A DNA stretch of 64,000 nt, from IMG/VR virus record IMGVR_UViG_3300035188_001379, positions 120,466 to 184,465 of that record; one strand, written 5' to 3'. Of this stretch, positions 1-7,129 are shown piece by piece (position 1 is the first letter of the stretch; the number at the start of each line of letters is the position of its first letter). The position numbers and the translations under genes are program-made. Source of the DNA: a virus. Below the pieces are notes generated by a model. It was given only the letters and a program-made list of their open reading frames with translations. It did no database searches and was not told the origin of the DNA.

Positions 1-142
1 TTCTTCTATGACTAGAAAACTAAAAATAAGCTTGCTGAGTCAAAAGCTGGCCGTAAACTTGTAAAAGTGCGTACAATTTTCAAAACTACCCAAAATTGTA
101 CAGGTATTGTACGTAGCGTTAAGTAAACAAGCTTAGCAACTT

Positions 143-1666
143 ATGCAAAAACGAAAAAAGAAATCTGTAGTTTCACAAAAAATAAAAATGACTGTGCCTG
201 CTAGCGTTATCGAAGAGTGCAGAAGGCTGAAGCAGCAGAAAAAGGGTTTTACGAAATACCTTTATGAAAAGCTAAAATACAATGGAGAGCAAATCGACTT
301 GGTGTTGCGAGAGCTAAAAAAAGGATTTTTAGACAAAAAATCTAGCGGTCCTGTGGAAGAGGACGTTGAGTGGGAGAGCAGTCTCAAATTTACTGATAAA
401 TATATCTACAACAAGCAAGACGACAAATACATCATGCATCTCAAGTCAGCCAACGGAAACATTGTTCTTCCGGGCGACACTGTGAGAGGAATCAAAGAGA
501 ACTATTCAAACTGGGTAGGTGAAGAGCATTCGATCAATCAAGTGTGTCGGAACTACCAGATTCCTAGAAACTATCTTGTAGAGATTCTCAAGGTACTCGG
601 CATCACTCACGACAGCGAGCCGATCACAGATGAACAGATCAACGAAAGAGATGTTAAAGACATCGCTAAAGACATTCTACAGAAAAAGAAGTTCAATCTC
701 TATCAGGAGTTTCAAAAGCGTAGCTGGAAAGAAACAGAAGAAGATGCTTCTAAATGGAGAAGATTACAAGAAGGTGTAATAGACCCTTTTACAAATTTTA
801 TCAATTCGTGGAATCCTCCGCCTAGAGAAAAAGTATCGTACAAAGGCTCTCCAGTAGGTAATAAGCCTAGAAAATCTTTCGTAGTAGGTTTGTCAGACGT
901 GCACTTTGGAGCCAAATCCAACCCAAAAGACTCGTATAGAAATAAAGGCTATAGCACGCAAGACGCAGTAAACTATATTAAGAAATATGTACAAGAGATT
1001 AAAGAAGCAGTCGAATCGAGGAATTACCATTTTGACGAGTGCGTGCTTGCTGCCATGGGTGATATCCTACACACTACAGGCGCTGGATTCACCACCAAAG
1101 GAACTATGCTTGTACACGATTGCATCAAGGAAGAGCAGTTCGCTAGCGCATTCAATAGCATTGTTCTGCTAATTGACTCTCTGCTTGAAATCTTTCCTAA
1201 AGTTCGTGTCAACAGCGTTAAAGGAAATCATAACGACTTTGGAGACTGGGTGCTGTTTAAAACCCTCGAGGCCTACTATCGTACAGAGCCAAGAATCTCT
1301 ATAGATGTGTTCCAAACTGACCACGGACTGTTTAAGGTTAAGAGCACTTTGTTTGTGATTTCTCACGGCTATAGCGCAGAATACAAAGGCAGGTTGCCGA
1401 GTGGAAAAGAAAGAGAAAGGTATATCGCAAATCTTTTCCTCAGTAGGCCTGAAGAGTTGATTGGAGCTAAACAAAAAGTGTTGTTAACAGCAGACCAGCA
1501 TCATCTTGAGATGAAAGAATATGCTGAGTTCGAGCACTATATGCTTTCTACCGTAGTCAAAGGAGACAAACACAGTGATGCGTTTGGATTGAACAATATC
1601 GCTAGGCAGAGTTGTTTTGTGGTAGACGAGACAGGCATCAAAGAGATAGTCTATTGCTACAGCTAG
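143..1666 (+). CDS. Calcineurin-like metallophosphoesterase with long N-terminal extension
   Basis: Motifs GLSDVHFG, MGDILH, KGNHND, SHG, ADQHH in the order expected for the family. Confidence 0.8.
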   Translation: MQKRKKKSVVSQKIKMTVPASVIEECRRLKQQKKGFTKYLYEKLKYNGEQIDLVLRELKKGFLDKKSSGPVEEDVEWESSLKFTDKYIYNKQDDKYIMHLKSANGNIVLPGDTVRGIKENYSNWVGEEHSINQVCRNYQIPRNYLVEILKVLGITHDSEPITDEQINERDVKDIAKDILQKKKFNLYQEFQKRSWKETEEDASKWRRLQEGVIDPFTNFINSWNPPPREKVSYKGSPVGNKPRKSFVVGLSDVHFGAKSNPKDSYRNKGYSTQDAVNYIKKYVQEIKEAVESRNYHFDECVLAAMGDILHTTGAGFTTKGTMLVHDCIKEEQFASAFNSIVLLIDSLLEIFPKVRVNSVKGNHNDFGDWVLFKTLEAYYRTEPRISIDVFQTDHGLFKVKSTLFVISHGYSAEYKGRLPSGKERERYIANLFLSRPEELIGAKQKVLLTADQHHLEMKEYAEFEHYMLSTVVKGDKHSDAFGLNNIARQSCFVVDETGIKEIVYCYS

Positions 1667-1689
1667 ACTGTGCATATTTAGGCTATTTA

Positions 1690-1707
1690 TTGGTATAATA
1701 TATTGAT
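1690..1707 (+). promoter_or_regulatory. Extended -10 promoter (TGnTATAAT) upstream of the tRNA cluster
   Basis: TTGGTATAATATATTGAT; the same 18-mer occurs at 45377-45394. Confidence 0.7.
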
Positions 1708-1737
1708 AGGGAAGCACTAGCTTTCAAATCAATGAAT

Positions 1738-1813
1738 GGGCCTGTAGCTCAATGGTCAGAGCAGGGCACTCATAATGCCTTGGTTGGGGGTTCGAATCCC
1801 TCCAGGCCTACCA
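1738..1813 (+). tRNA. tRNA with CAT anticodon, most likely tRNA-Ile2 (lysidine type)
   Basis: Cloverleaf: GGGCCTG/CAGGCCT acceptor, GGGCA-CTCATAA-TGCCT anticodon arm, TTCGAAT T-loop, encoded CCA. C4-G69 and C5-G68 match TilS determinants; not initiator-like. Confidence 0.85.
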
Positions 1814-1847
1814 TTCATTTAAGTTCACCAACCCAACCTAGCCCAAT

Positions 1848-2258
1848 ATGTATTCAACTCAGTTAGACAAAGTTCAAGTTAAGATCGCTAAGCTCGAAAA
1901 GCTCAAAGCGAAAGCAGCAAAGCTCAAGCACGAGATTGCGAGTGCGTTGGCCCTTACTGCTCCTCTAGATCACAGGGTAAGTGCTCCAGAGATCGCAAAC
2001 ATTCCATCAGGCTCGAGAGCAAGAAACATATGGCCAAAGTCCCCTGAGTGGGACAAAGCCACTTTTCAAGTCTTAGAAGTCACTGGAAAAATCAATCAGT
2101 ATTATGCTCCTGGCATCTGGTTCAAAACCAATGAGTGGGAGCTTGCCAAGCAGCATCTGGAAACAAACCTTACCAAAGGGAACATCTGGATCAGCGAGGC
2201 CTGGATTCAAGACGGAGAACTGTTCACAGGCAGCAGAAAAAGAGTAGCTACAAAGTAG
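1848..2258 (+). CDS. Hypothetical protein with N-terminal coiled coil
   Basis: 136-aa ORF after a C/A-rich leader, same strand as the operon. Confidence 0.7.
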   Translation: MYSTQLDKVQVKIAKLEKLKAKAAKLKHEIASALALTAPLDHRVSAPEIANIPSGSRARNIWPKSPEWDKATFQVLEVTGKINQYYAPGIWFKTNEWELAKQHLETNLTKGNIWISEAWIQDGELFTGSRKRVATK

Positions 2259-2262
2259 TATT

Positions 2263-2541
2263 ATGATTCACACAGAAATACTACTGAAGAAGGCTCTCGT
2301 CAAAGATGCTGTTGAAGCTCTTCGAAAAGAGATTGAAGATACCTTTAAAGGTAAAACAGTCTTTTTTGAGAAAGATGGTCCTTGCGCAGTTGAGAGCGTG
2401 TTCATATATAATGACGCATCCGAAGCTGAATGGACCACTGGAGATCTATGGGTGACGTTTCTTCCTGAGAAAGAAGAAGACGACGACATGATGGTTTTTT
2501 GTCCCATAGATGATCTGGACAAGCTGAAAATTCTGGTCTAG
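2263..2541 (+). CDS. Hypothetical acidic protein
   Basis: 92-aa ORF tightly packed after the previous gene. Confidence 0.65.
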   Translation: MIHTEILLKKALVKDAVEALRKEIEDTFKGKTVFFEKDGPCAVESVFIYNDASEAEWTTGDLWVTFLPEKEEDDDMMVFCPIDDLDKLKILV

Positions 2542-2552
2542 ATTAAAAGAAC

Positions 2553-2637
2553 GCCGGTGTGGCGGAATGGCAGACGCAACGGACTTAAAATCCGTTGGGG
2601 AGCAATCCTCGTGTGGGTTCGAGTCCCACCATCGGCA
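2553..2637 (+). tRNA. tRNA-Leu(TAA)
   Basis: GCCGGTG/CATCGGC acceptor, ACGGA-CTTAAAA-TCCGT anticodon arm, long variable arm, TTCGAGT T-loop. CCA not encoded. Confidence 0.92.
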
Positions 2638-2649
2638 CTTTCAAATCTT

Positions 2650-2808
2650 ATGCACGAGATATTTCAGTACTTGTTTTTGGTTATTCTAGATGTAGTTTTT
2701 ATGAAGAATGTTTCTCCCATCTACATAAAAACTACATTCGCCCTGCTTGCTTTTTTGAGTGCATTGATGCTCACTAGAGCTGCATTGAAAAGATTCACGC
2801 ACCAGTAG
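2650..2808 (+). CDS. Possible 52-aa hydrophobic protein between tRNAs
   Basis: ATG at 2650, [17 protein letters not shown]..., two hydrophobic stretches. Overlaps tRNA-Arg by 10 nt. Confidence 0.3.
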   Translation: MHEIFQYLFLVILDVVFMKNVSPIYIKTTFALLAFLSALMLTRAALKRFTHQ

Positions 2809-2875
2809 CTCAGCTGGATAGAGCAACGGATTTCTAATCCGTCGGTCGCAGGTTCGAATCCTGCCTGGTGCACCA
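2799..2875 (+). tRNA. tRNA-Arg(TCT)
   Basis: GCACCAG/CTGGTGC acceptor, ACGGA-TTTCTAA-TCCGT anticodon arm, TTCGAAT T-loop, encoded CCA. Confidence 0.92.
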
Positions 2876-2907
2876 CTTCGGTAAGTAAACAACAAACAAA
2901 GCAGACA

Positions 2908-3051
2908 ATGAACAAAAACACCCGAGCTAAGAAAAAGTTGGAAAAGTCCTCAACAAAAGGAACAGCATGCGTCTCAGACTTCAAGCTGAGGCATTTGAAT
3001 CCTCAGAACAAAAGAGGAAGTGCATGGCAGGGCGCAAGTCCTAAGAAGTAG
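2908..3051 (+). CDS. Small basic hypothetical protein (47 aa, not in ORF track)
   Basis: Manual translation MNKNTRAKKKLEKSSTKG...QGASPKK*, A/C-rich leader, followed by a terminator. Confidence 0.45.
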   Translation: MNKNTRAKKKLEKSSTKGTACVSDFKLRHLNPQNKRGSAWQGASPKK

Positions 3052-3071
3052 AGAATACTCTATTTAGTTCG

Positions 3072-3121
3072 AGCCCCTATAGAGCGCAGATGTGCGTTTC
3101 TATAGGGGCTTTTTTTTAGCC
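3072..3121 (+). terminator. Intrinsic terminator ending in T-tract-AGCT
   Basis: AGCCCCTATAGA...TCTATAGGGGCT hairpin, then T-run and AGCT. Confidence 0.8.
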
Positions 3122-3151
3122 TATAGAGGTGCATATAATATGCGGTATTTT

Positions 3152-3160
3152 TGGTATAAT
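3152..3160 (+). promoter_or_regulatory. Extended -10 promoter
   Basis: TGGTATAAT about 30 nt after the terminator. Confidence 0.65.
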
Positions 3161-3198
3161 ATTATGAGGGAGTTTTCCCTATAAGAAACAGCATACCC

Positions 3199-3396
3199 AT
3201 GGACCCAGATCCAACAAAGCACTGTGACTGCCCTAAATGCAAAGCATTGAGGGGAGAAAAATTACCCGTCAACAGATGGGTATCTAGAGAGAGACAAGTA
3301 GCGAAAAGCAAGAACACGATGCTTGCTGACGCTATACAACAAGAAGAGGACAGAGACCATCAACCACCAGGAATCAGACTATGGAAAAGAAAATAA
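3199..3396 (+). CDS. Hypothetical protein with CxCxxC motif
   Basis: 65 aa, HCDCPKC. Confidence 0.55.
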   Translation: MDPDPTKHCDCPKCKALRGEKLPVNRWVSRERQVAKSKNTMLADAIQQEEDRDHQPPGIRLWKRK

Positions 3397-3647
3397 ACCT
3401 ATACAACCTAGAGAACACAATCATATCACTCGCAGCAGTGGTAGTAGCAGTTCTCTCGTTCGTTTATCTGGGCGACAAATATCTCGACCAGAGACAAGCA
3501 GAGATAGATAAGCTCAACGATCTTCTTGACCAGAAGGTTGTAGAAGTCGAGCGCTTGAGAGGCGCACTTATCGAGAAAGAGGATGAAATCGTAGAGTTGA
3601 GATATACCTACGCAAGAGAAGTAACAAAAAAACTCGCAAGAAAATGA
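3381..3647 (+). CDS. Single-pass membrane protein with coiled coil
   Basis: IISLAAVVVAVLSFVYL hydrophobic segment followed by heptad-like region. Confidence 0.65.
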   Translation: MEKKINLYNLENTIISLAAVVVAVLSFVYLGDKYLDQRQAEIDKLNDLLDQKVVEVERLRGALIEKEDEIVELRYTYAREVTKKLARK

Positions 3648-3838
3648 CAAACCTACAAAAGCTAGCCAAGATTAATGAAGAGATGCGTAAGCTGCTCACT
3701 GAAGTTGAAAATCTTCGAGATCTAGGTCAGTTGCTCAGTATCCCAGAGATTCTGAGCAAGGCTGAGAAGCTGCAGAAAGAAGGAGCACTTTTGATTTCAA
3801 AGATAAATGCAAAACGTTCTAGAGATCATCAGAGCTGA
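3644..3838 (+). CDS. Hypothetical helical protein
   Basis: 64 aa; ATGA overlap with upstream gene. Confidence 0.6.
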   Translation: MTNLQKLAKINEEMRKLLTEVENLRDLGQLLSIPEILSKAEKLQKEGALLISKINAKRSRDHQS

Positions 3839-4028
3839 CCACGATAGAAGACTCGAAGCAGCACGAAAGCGTGTTGCTGAGGCTAGTGAGATGAGCAAGG
3901 CCTCACACTGGACAGACGGTTACATGACACTTGAAAAGCTACGAAAAGCTCACGAGGAATACATGAAGCTTATCAAAGAAGAAGCATTTCTAATGAACCT
4001 GCTTTTAGGTAAAGTGCCATTGAACTAG
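3807..4028 (+). CDS. Hypothetical helical protein
   Basis: 73 aa; ends just before a terminator. Confidence 0.6.
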   Translation: MQNVLEIIRADHDRRLEAARKRVAEASEMSKASHWTDGYMTLEKLRKAHEEYMKLIKEEAFLMNLLLGKVPLN

Positions 4029-4037
4029 TTGAAGAGA

Positions 4038-4081
4038 GAGTAGCAGCAGGGTGACACCTGTTTGCTGCTCTTTTTTTAGCT
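4038..4081 (+). terminator. Intrinsic terminator ending in T7-AGCT
   Basis: GAGTAGCAGCAGG-GTGACA-CCTGTTTGCTGCTC hairpin + TTTTTTTAGCT. Confidence 0.75.
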
Positions 4082-4115
4082 CTTGGGTACCCCCCCGGTA
4101 TATCTCAAGCATCTT

Positions 4116-4125
4116 GAGGTATATT
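4116..4125 (+). promoter_or_regulatory. -10-like element, probably giving a leaderless transcript
   Basis: GAGGTATATT, 7 nt before ATG 4133. Confidence 0.45.
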
Positions 4126-4132
4126 ATTATAG

Positions 4133-4468
4133 ATGAGAGCAACTAGCCCATCAATATACAAGCCTGTCAGTCAGGCAACCAGCAGAGTTGAATCTGCTTT
4201 GCGGGTCGAAGTAACACTTCAAGCAGGCATAGTCACGCAAGTGGTTGTTGCCTCGCAAGATTTTCCTGTAGGGCCAGACGACCTCTGGTTTGAGGAAAAC
4301 ATTTCATTGAAAAATGCGGTATTCAATGAATCTCTCTTGGTAAGTCGTATCAGTACCGAACAGTATAGAAAGCTCATACGCTTGGTATACAGCTCGGACG
4401 AGATATTGTATGGCGACGGACCAACAGTGAACAGAGAGAACACTGAAGTAACCTTGGAGGTCTTCTAG
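4133..4468 (+). CDS. Hypothetical protein; first 21 codons shared with the MYG1-like gene at 45393
   Basis: MRATSPSIYKPVSQATSRVES versus MEANSYSTIKPVVQATSRVES. Confidence 0.65.
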   Translation: MRATSPSIYKPVSQATSRVESALRVEVTLQAGIVTQVVVASQDFPVGPDDLWFEENISLKNAVFNESLLVSRISTEQYRKLIRLVYSSDEILYGDGPTVNRENTEVTLEVF

Positions 4469-4473
4469 ACCTG

Positions 4474-4514
4474 AGCGCGCTCCCTTTGAGGGAGGTAAGC
4501 CGCTTTTTTTAGCA
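4474..4514 (+). terminator. Intrinsic terminator ending in T7-AGC
   Basis: Imperfect CTCCCT-TTG-AGGGAG hairpin + TTTTTTTAGCA. Confidence 0.6.
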
Positions 4515-4518
4515 TATA

Positions 4519-4547
4519 CCCCCACCCCTCTCCCCTACCCCCCTCCC
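4519..4547 (-). other. Potential G-quadruplex-forming sequence (five G-tracts on minus strand)
   Basis: Plus strand C5-A-C4-TCT-C4-TA-C6-T-C3 in an otherwise AT-rich intergenic context. Confidence 0.55.
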
Positions 4548-4563
4548 TAAAACCTAGATACTC

Positions 4564-4572
4564 TGGTATAAT
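4564..4572 (+). promoter_or_regulatory. Extended -10 promoter, leaderless
   Basis: TGGTATAAT, 6 nt before ATG 4579. Confidence 0.65.
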
Positions 4573-4578
4573 ACCTTG

Positions 4579-4746
4579 ATGAAAACACTAGCACTCAGCT
4601 TAGTTTTGTTGGTCACCGTAAACGCACAGGCTCTTGTGACTACCTGGGACTTTCTGTATTATGCAGAAACTGATCCTTGGGAATTGCAGGAAGAACTTGT
4701 GGAAGAAACACCGGTAGTTACTACCAGCGGTTCTTTCAATAGCTAA
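4579..4746 (+). CDS. Small exported acidic peptide (55 aa, not in ORF track)
   Basis: Manual translation MKTLALSLVLLVTVNAQA-LVTTWDFLYYAETDPWELQEELVEETPVVTTSGSFNS*; Sec-type signal with AQA cleavage motif. Confidence 0.6.
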   Translation: MKTLALSLVLLVTVNAQALVTTWDFLYYAETDPWELQEELVEETPVVTTSGSFNS

Positions 4747-4766
4747 CCATTCAACCACCCATACAC

Positions 4767-5006
4767 ATGAGATCAAAAGAAATCGAAACACTTCACAGAA
4801 TTAACGACGTGCTTCAGTTGCTGTTTGAAAAGATCAGCAACAACAGCACAAACCCTTTCGAGATTCTGGACGCACTTGATGAAACAATCGAACTTGTTCA
4901 AGAAATCGCTGAGATTATTCCTCACGACAGTTTCTACAGACGAGTTCCAGAAGAGCATCTTGTGGGTTTGAAGAAACTTCGAGATGAGGTAGTTTCTGGG
5001 CTGTGA
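4767..5006 (+). CDS. Hypothetical helical protein, paralog of 5978-6214
   Basis: MRSKE...NPFEILDALDETIELVQE versus MRTKE...NPFDVIDNVDRALELFEE. Confidence 0.7.
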   Translation: MRSKEIETLHRINDVLQLLFEKISNNSTNPFEILDALDETIELVQEIAEIIPHDSFYRRVPEEHLVGLKKLRDEVVSGL

Positions 5007-5023
5007 ATTGCTGCACAGCCAAA

Positions 5024-5063
5024 CCCCACCCCAATCTGGGGGTGGGCGGATCTTTTTTTAGCT
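5024..5063 (+). terminator. Terminator-like hairpin, GGATC-T7-AGCT
   Basis: CCCACCCC/GGGGTGGG stem; similar copy at 6455-6495. Confidence 0.65.
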
Positions 5064-5094
5064 AGCAGCCCTTTTAAAAAAACATACATATTTG

Positions 5095-5103
5095 TGGTAT
5101 AAT
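5095..5103 (+). promoter_or_regulatory. Extended -10 promoter ahead of a 460-nt non-coding stretch
   Basis: TGGTATAAT about 30 nt after the terminator. Confidence 0.65.
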
Positions 5104-5148
5104 ATTTTGAATAGAAATTTATAGCATATAGCTATAGGCTACTGTTCC

Positions 5149-5347
5149 AAGCATGCTAAGAAAGTATGCAGTGAGTCACGACTAAACAGGGCTAACTATG
5201 CTGAGAATAGTATAAGGTTCGATCTGCCAAAGAGGTCCGAAGTATGCTATGATAGTATACAGCCTTGGGATACAGGCCAAAGTCGAATAACACATATCCC
5301 CAAAAGCATGCTATGTAAGTATGCAGTACGGTTCACCGCTAAACGGG
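5149..5347 (+). repeat. Four imperfect quasi-palindromic repeats, consensus ATGCT-N5/6-AGTAT
   Basis: Copies at 5149, 5194, 5240 and 5304; copies 1 and 4 match at 22/24 nt and both continue to CTAAAC(A)GGG. Confidence 0.65.
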
Positions 5348-5567
5348 AGCAGTCTAGGAGTAAAGACTCAGCAGTGTATATTCGCAATTTAGAATATACA
5401 AAACTGCTACTCACTGCGCTATACAGCGAAAATAGCCCGATCGCTTGGAGAGGCGGAATGGCGTGGCACACACGTCTAAATACAAGTGTGTAGACTAGTG
5501 GACAGTCTGGAGTCCGTCCACTGACGAAGCAGGCTCTCGTCATGTCATATATAACAAATAGTTATAT

Positions 5568-5981
5568 ATGATAAAACCTGCAGCTTTTCATATGAAACCC
5601 ATGAAACAGGAGAGAGTCAGAGTAGTACTTCCTTACCTAGAAGGCTATCTTCTAGAAAGGTTAAGCAACCCAAGATGGCCTATGAACATGGGTAAAACCA
5701 GACATGTAGGCGGAGGAATAGAGAACAATGAAACCCCAGAACAGGCAGCAAGCAGAGAGCTGTTTGAGGAGCTCGGAGTAACTATACCTCCAGCTTCTTT
5801 TGAGAAACTTGGTTCCCACGAGAATCAACACTATTTGATCGTGAAAGATCATGGTCTTGTTCCTGGTGTGTATAAAGCATCTGTAGGCTCAGATGAGTAT
5901 ATACATCTTGTAGCAGGAGATCTCAAGGAAGCTCAGTATATCGGCCCTAGACTAGAAACCCTAACCCAACCCACACAATGA
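5568..5981 (+). CDS. NUDIX hydrolase
   Basis: NUDIX box GGGIENNETPEQAASRELFEELGV. Start could be a downstream Met. Confidence 0.85.
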   Translation: MIKPAAFHMKPMKQERVRVVLPYLEGYLLERLSNPRWPMNMGKTRHVGGGIENNETPEQAASRELFEELGVTIPPASFEKLGSHENQHYLIVKDHGLVPGVYKASVGSDEYIHLVAGDLKEAQYIGPRLETLTQPTQ

Positions 5982-6214
5982 GAACTAAAGAAGAACTCAC
6001 GTATCTTATTGAGCTGATGAAAATCACTTTTAAGATAATAGAATCGACTGAGTCACACAACCCATTCGACGTTATCGACAATGTTGACAGAGCGCTAGAG
6101 CTTTTCGAGGAGTTGATCAGCGTAGCTGTGGACCCGCAGTTTAAGTCTGAAGCTGAAGAAAAACGAGATAGCCTGGTGAATTTTCGGCAATTCGTTCTTG
6201 ATAACGCAAACTAA
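5978..6214 (+). CDS. Hypothetical helical protein, paralog of 4767-5006
   Basis: Shared MRxKE start and NPF(D/E)xxDxxD core. Confidence 0.7.
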   Translation: MRTKEELTYLIELMKITFKIIESTESHNPFDVIDNVDRALELFEELISVAVDPQFKSEAEEKRDSLVNFRQFVLDNAN

Positions 6215-6235
6215 TCTTCAACCCAACCAACAAAC

Positions 6236-6439
6236 ATGACAGCCACAAAAGAGCAGCAAAGGCTCCTAGACTTCTTGTGCGAGAAATATGATCTTGCCGA
6301 GAAAGCTGGAAATCAGATCAAGCAGCTAGAGATGATAGACCGTATCATTCTGTTTGATGAAGACCATCCTGGAATCATCTCTAAGGAGAAGCTTGAGAAA
6401 ATTAAACAGATTGGTGAAGAGATACTAAAAAACCTCTAG
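6236..6439 (+). CDS. Hypothetical protein
   Basis: 67 aa, C/A-rich leader, followed by a terminator. Confidence 0.6.
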   Translation: MTATKEQQRLLDFLCEKYDLAEKAGNQIKQLEMIDRIILFDEDHPGIISKEKLEKIKQIGEEILKNL

Positions 6440-6454
6440 CCGCTCAGATGTAAA

Positions 6455-6495
6455 CCCCGCCTCGATTCTGAGGTGGGTGGATCTTTTTTTTAGCT
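6455..6495 (+). terminator. Terminator-like hairpin, GGATC-T8-AGCT
   Basis: CCCGCCTC/GAGGTGGG stem; similar to 5024-5063. Confidence 0.65.
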
Positions 6496-6664
6496 GTTAG
6501 GTTTAATTCTTGTTGTATATAATTACTCTAGCTTTAAGTGCGAAACTATATCCTGTGTTTTTTTGAATAGTATTTTTATTTAAAACAAATCAGTTTAAAT
6601 TTTGACGTACGTTTTACAAGCTATCCGAAAGTTTCCAGCTTAAATTATAAAGAAAAATAAAAAT

Positions 6665-7111
6665 ATGCCGGCAGAATCAAAAGCACAACAAAGACTAATG
6701 GGTATGGCGCTAGCAGCTAAAAGGGGTAAAGGAGAGTATAGCGATAAAGTAAAAGAGCTAGCTGATAGTATGAGTGAAAAGCAGCTTATGGAATACGCTA
6801 AAACTAAAATTTCAGACCTACCCGAAAAGAAAGCATTCATTCTAGGTTTTGTAAAAAAAGCCGAGGAATATAGCATATCTAAAAGCAATGCTCTCGAATT
6901 GCTGAAAGAGGCTGCCCCTGCTCTCAGAGCGCTGCAAGAAGTATTAGGTAGTTCTGCAGGGAGAGCACTTATGGAGGGAGTCGCCGATCCAACTAGAGCG
7001 GCTCTAGCAAGAGGTAAAGTTTCAGGACAAGATCTTATGCTAAGACGCAGGCTAGCTGATACTGCTAAAAAACTAAGAAGAAAGTTTAACACAGACCATA
7101 CGTCATTTTAA
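6665..7111 (+). CDS. DUF3008-like N-terminal domain fused to a GF-KRA helix module
   Basis: MPAESKAQQRLMGMALAAKRG...SMSEKQL resembles DUF3008 (recalled, not searched), then AFILGFVKKAEEYSIS. Confidence 0.7.
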   Translation: MPAESKAQQRLMGMALAAKRGKGEYSDKVKELADSMSEKQLMEYAKTKISDLPEKKAFILGFVKKAEEYSISKSNALELLKEAAPALRALQEVLGSSAGRALMEGVADPTRAALARGKVSGQDLMLRRRLADTAKKLRRKFNTDHTSF

Positions 7112-7129
7112 TTATAGGCTAGCCTGCGC

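Noticed and set aside
1738-1813. Initiator tRNA-fMet
   Set aside because: Lacks the C1-A72 mismatch and the three consecutive G-C pairs at the base of the anticodon stem.
2557-2808. 83-aa ORF starting inside tRNA-Leu
   Set aside because: The first half is the tRNA itself; only the part from ATG 2650 is plausible.
5149-5347. CRISPR mini-array
   Set aside because: Repeats are degenerate, spacing is irregular (45, 46, 64 nt between starts) and no cas genes are present in the window.
5170-5350. Group I intron core (GTCACGACTAAAC resembles the P7/R element)
   Set aside because: No convincing P, Q or S elements, and no interrupted gene flanks it.
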